Origin: Chiloscyllium plagiosum
Lineage: Eukaryota
NCBI RefSeq assembly: GCF_004010195.1
Contig: NC_057711.1
Coordinates: 82,579,590-82,603,233 of the forward strand
Length of the DNA: 23,644 bases
Reading direction: 5' to 3'
Position numbers and translations under genes: made by a program. The stretch's first letter is position 1, and every line of letters begins with the position of its first letter. Positions 21,475 through 23,644 of the stretch are shown piece by piece. Below the pieces are notes generated by a model. It was given only the letters and a program-made list of their open reading frames with translations, was not told the origin of the DNA and did not search any database.

Positions 21475-22925
21475 ATAAGGAGCCTACAAAGGGATATAGA
21501 TAGGTTAAGCTAGTGAGCAAAGATCTGGCAAATGGACCACAATGTGGGAAAATATGAAATTGCCCATTTTCGAAGGAAGAATAAAAATTCACTATGTCAT
21601 CTAAATGGTGAGAAGTTTCACAGCTCTGCGGTGCAGAAAGATCTGGGTGTTCTAGTGCATGAATCACAGAAGGCTAGGAGCAGGTACAGCAAATAATCAG
21701 GGAAACTAATCAAATGTTATGTTTTATTGAAGGGAATTGATTGCAAGGGTAGGGAAGTTGAGTTTTGGCAAGACCACATCTTGAGTACTGATCACCACAC
21801 TTTTTGGAAGAATGCTAATGTGTTGGCAGCAGTTCAAAGAATACCTGGAATGAGTGGATTGCCCTAGCTTCCTGCTAGTTTGTCTGATGTAGTGTTTTTT
21901 ACAGTTCTTGCGTGGTATCTTGTAAATTAGGGTGGTATCTTGCTGGTAGTATCTAATGGATCCTTTAGGTTCATTAGTTGCTGTTTAAGTGTGTTGGTAG
22001 CTTTGTGAGCTACCATGATACCAAGGGGTCTGAGTAGTCTGTAAGCCTTTTCTGATATATCTTTGATGTAAGGTAACATGGCTATAGTTTTTGGTTGCGT
22101 TGTGTCTGCTTGATTGGGTTTGTTTCTGAGGAATCAACGGATTGTGTTTATTGGGTACCCATTTTTCTTGAAAATGTATAAATATTTTGCTTCTGCTTTT
22201 TGTAGTTCTTGGGTGCTGCAGTGTGATGTAGCTCATTGAAATAATGTTTTGATGCAGCTCCATTTGTTGGTTTTGGGATGATTTTTTCTGAAGCTAAATA
22301 TTTGGTCCATGTTGGTTGTTTTTCTGGAGACGCTGGTTTGAAGCTCTCAATTAACTGTACGGTCAACTTTCAGGTCTAGGAATGGGAGTCTATTGTCATC
22401 CTTCTCCTCTTTTGTGAATTTCATGCCTGTCAGAATATTGTTAATGGTGTTGAATGTTTCCTCTAATTTGTTCCGTTTTGTGATGACAAAGGTGTCATCT
22501 ATGTAGCGGACCCAAAGTTTGGGTTGGATAGATGGGAGGACAGTTTGTTCAAGTCTCTGCGTTACTGCTTCTGCTATGAGCCCTGATATTGGTGATCCCA
22601 TTGGTGATCCGTTGACTTGTTTGTAGGTTTTGTTATTGAATGTGAAGTGGATGGTGAGGCACAGGTTCACTAGTTTGAGGATGTTGTCGTTGTTGATGAA
22701 ATTGGTGCTGTCTGGTGTTTGTGGTCCTGGTTTTATAGTAGTGATGCCAGTGTTCTTTGACCAGGTCGATGTTAATTGATGTGAAAAGGGCTGTAACTTC
22801 AAAGGATTATCAGGGATGTGCAGGAGTGTAGAGTTGAGGTTAAAATCAATCAGCCATGATCTTGAATGGTGGAACAGGCTCAGAGTGCTGTGCAGTTTAC
22901 ACTTATTCCTTGTTCATATGTTCAT
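21475..22925 (+). mobile_element. Old CR1 3' fragment (21475-21864 and 22811-22925) split by a PLE fragment
   Basis: ctacaaagggatatagataggttaag (LQRDIDRL), gatctgggtgttctagtgcatgaatc (DLGVLVHES); 3' UTR cagccatgatcttgaatggtggaacagg...ttcatatgttcat. Confidence 0.72.
21865..22808 (-). mobile_element. Penelope/Poseidon-type RT-GIY-YIG internal fragment
   Basis: SFEVTALFTSINIDL, YKQVNGSPMGSPISGLIAE, WVRYIDDTFV, LPFLDLKV, NGYP; ends with IYKIPRKNCKKHYIRQTSRKL (GIY-YIG). Confidence 0.93.
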
Positions 22926-22930
22926 AACGC

Positions 22931-23068
22931 TCTTTAGGGATGGGAATCTGCCATCCTTACCTGGTCTGACCGAAATGTAATTTCAGTTGCACAGCAACGT
23001 GGTTGACTTCTTAATTGTACTCGGGCCAATGAGGGATGGGCAATAAATGCTAGCCTAACCAATGACAC
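22931..23068 (+). mobile_element. SINE-like repeat copy 3, truncated at the 3' end
   Basis: ctttagggatgggaatctgccatccttacctggtctg...gggatgggcaataaatgc. Confidence 0.75.
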
Positions 23069-23644
23069 TGTGGTAGGGCAAGCAGTGGTTTCACATTCAA
23101 TGCTGTAGTCAGCTGTAAGGTATAGAAGCAAGTTTTCTCTTGTTGTGAACGAAAGAAAGTGAGGACTAAGGTCCTGATGGGATCTATCTCAGGATACTGA
23201 GAGAGGCAAAGGAGGAGATGACTGGGGCCTTGATAGAGATTTTTGTATCCTCTTAGCGACAGCCAAAGTTCCAGAATAAAATGGAGGATGGGAACATTTC
23301 TGGCTGTAAGAGCTGCTCCTTTTTTTGGAGGCATTTTAGGTGCTGGAGGTGATTTCCTCAAATTCCAGGAGCAGCAATTACTGTTTTATATGCTGTTGCA
23401 TTGTTTTGGAACTTCGGGAAAAAAAAGTCAAAATAACAGCAGTTTTAAAAGGGAGAAGAGCAGACAAAGGAAGCACATGGTGAGGACATTGCAGGAGAGA
23501 GAGAGGGAGGGGGAGAGAGAGAGAGAGAGAGAGAAAACCTGCACAGTTACTGCCTTTGCTGTTTTTGAATTCATGTGTCGCTGGATATTGGAGTGCATCT
23601 GGGAAAATTAACAAACAGTGAATTTCACAACTAATCTTGGAGGA
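23069..23644. mobile_element. Possible LTR or other unclassified repeat running off the window
   Basis: Starts with TG where the SINE-like copy breaks off. No partner LTR, PBS or TSD is visible. Confidence 0.3.
23495..23534 (+). repeat. Imperfect (GA)n microsatellite
   Basis: gagagagagagggagggggagagagagagagagagagaga. Confidence 0.95.

Noticed and set aside
23154..23167. agaaagtgaggact matching the PLE-B repeat end
   Set aside because: Only 14 bp, with no further similarity or TSD
23243..23614. ORFs of 122 and 78 aa
   Set aside because: They run through a GA microsatellite in probable repeat DNA and show no domain signal
1..23644. CRISPR array, operon or retron-type prokaryotic system
   Set aside because: There are no regularly spaced repeats or intact genes; all RT fragments are eukaryotic CR1 or PLE relics

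Overview
Repeat-saturated, non-genic vertebrate DNA, almost certainly from a shark or other elasmobranch. That call rests on tRNA-derived HE1/V-SINEs and their partner HER1/CR1 LINEs, recognised from memory with no database search. I found no intact host protein-coding gene. The recognisable ORFs are decayed CR1 ORF2, Penelope-like (PLE) RT/GIY-YIG or Gypsy gag fragments. Most others are chance or antisense frames within repeats, and a few in unclassified sequence remain unexplained. Contents: at least 3 CR1 subfamilies, 4 HE1 SINEs, 3 copies of a second SINE-like repeat, about 12 PLE pieces from about 3 terminal-repeat families, a Gypsy gag fossil and a possible LTR at the right end, heavily nested. 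Most notable: (1) PLE terminal repeats carry minimal hammerhead-ribozyme cores with covarying stem II. (2) Five short PLE insertions have 10-18 bp TSDs, microhomology at the priming end and, in four cases, fold-back ends; three of them sit inside other PLEs. (3) One PLE insertion has captured, inside its TSD, a 415-bp copy of nearby genomic DNA. (4) A three-hairpin cluster lies in apparently unique sequence at 447-544. These are retroelement-mechanism observations; I cannot support a new gene system here.
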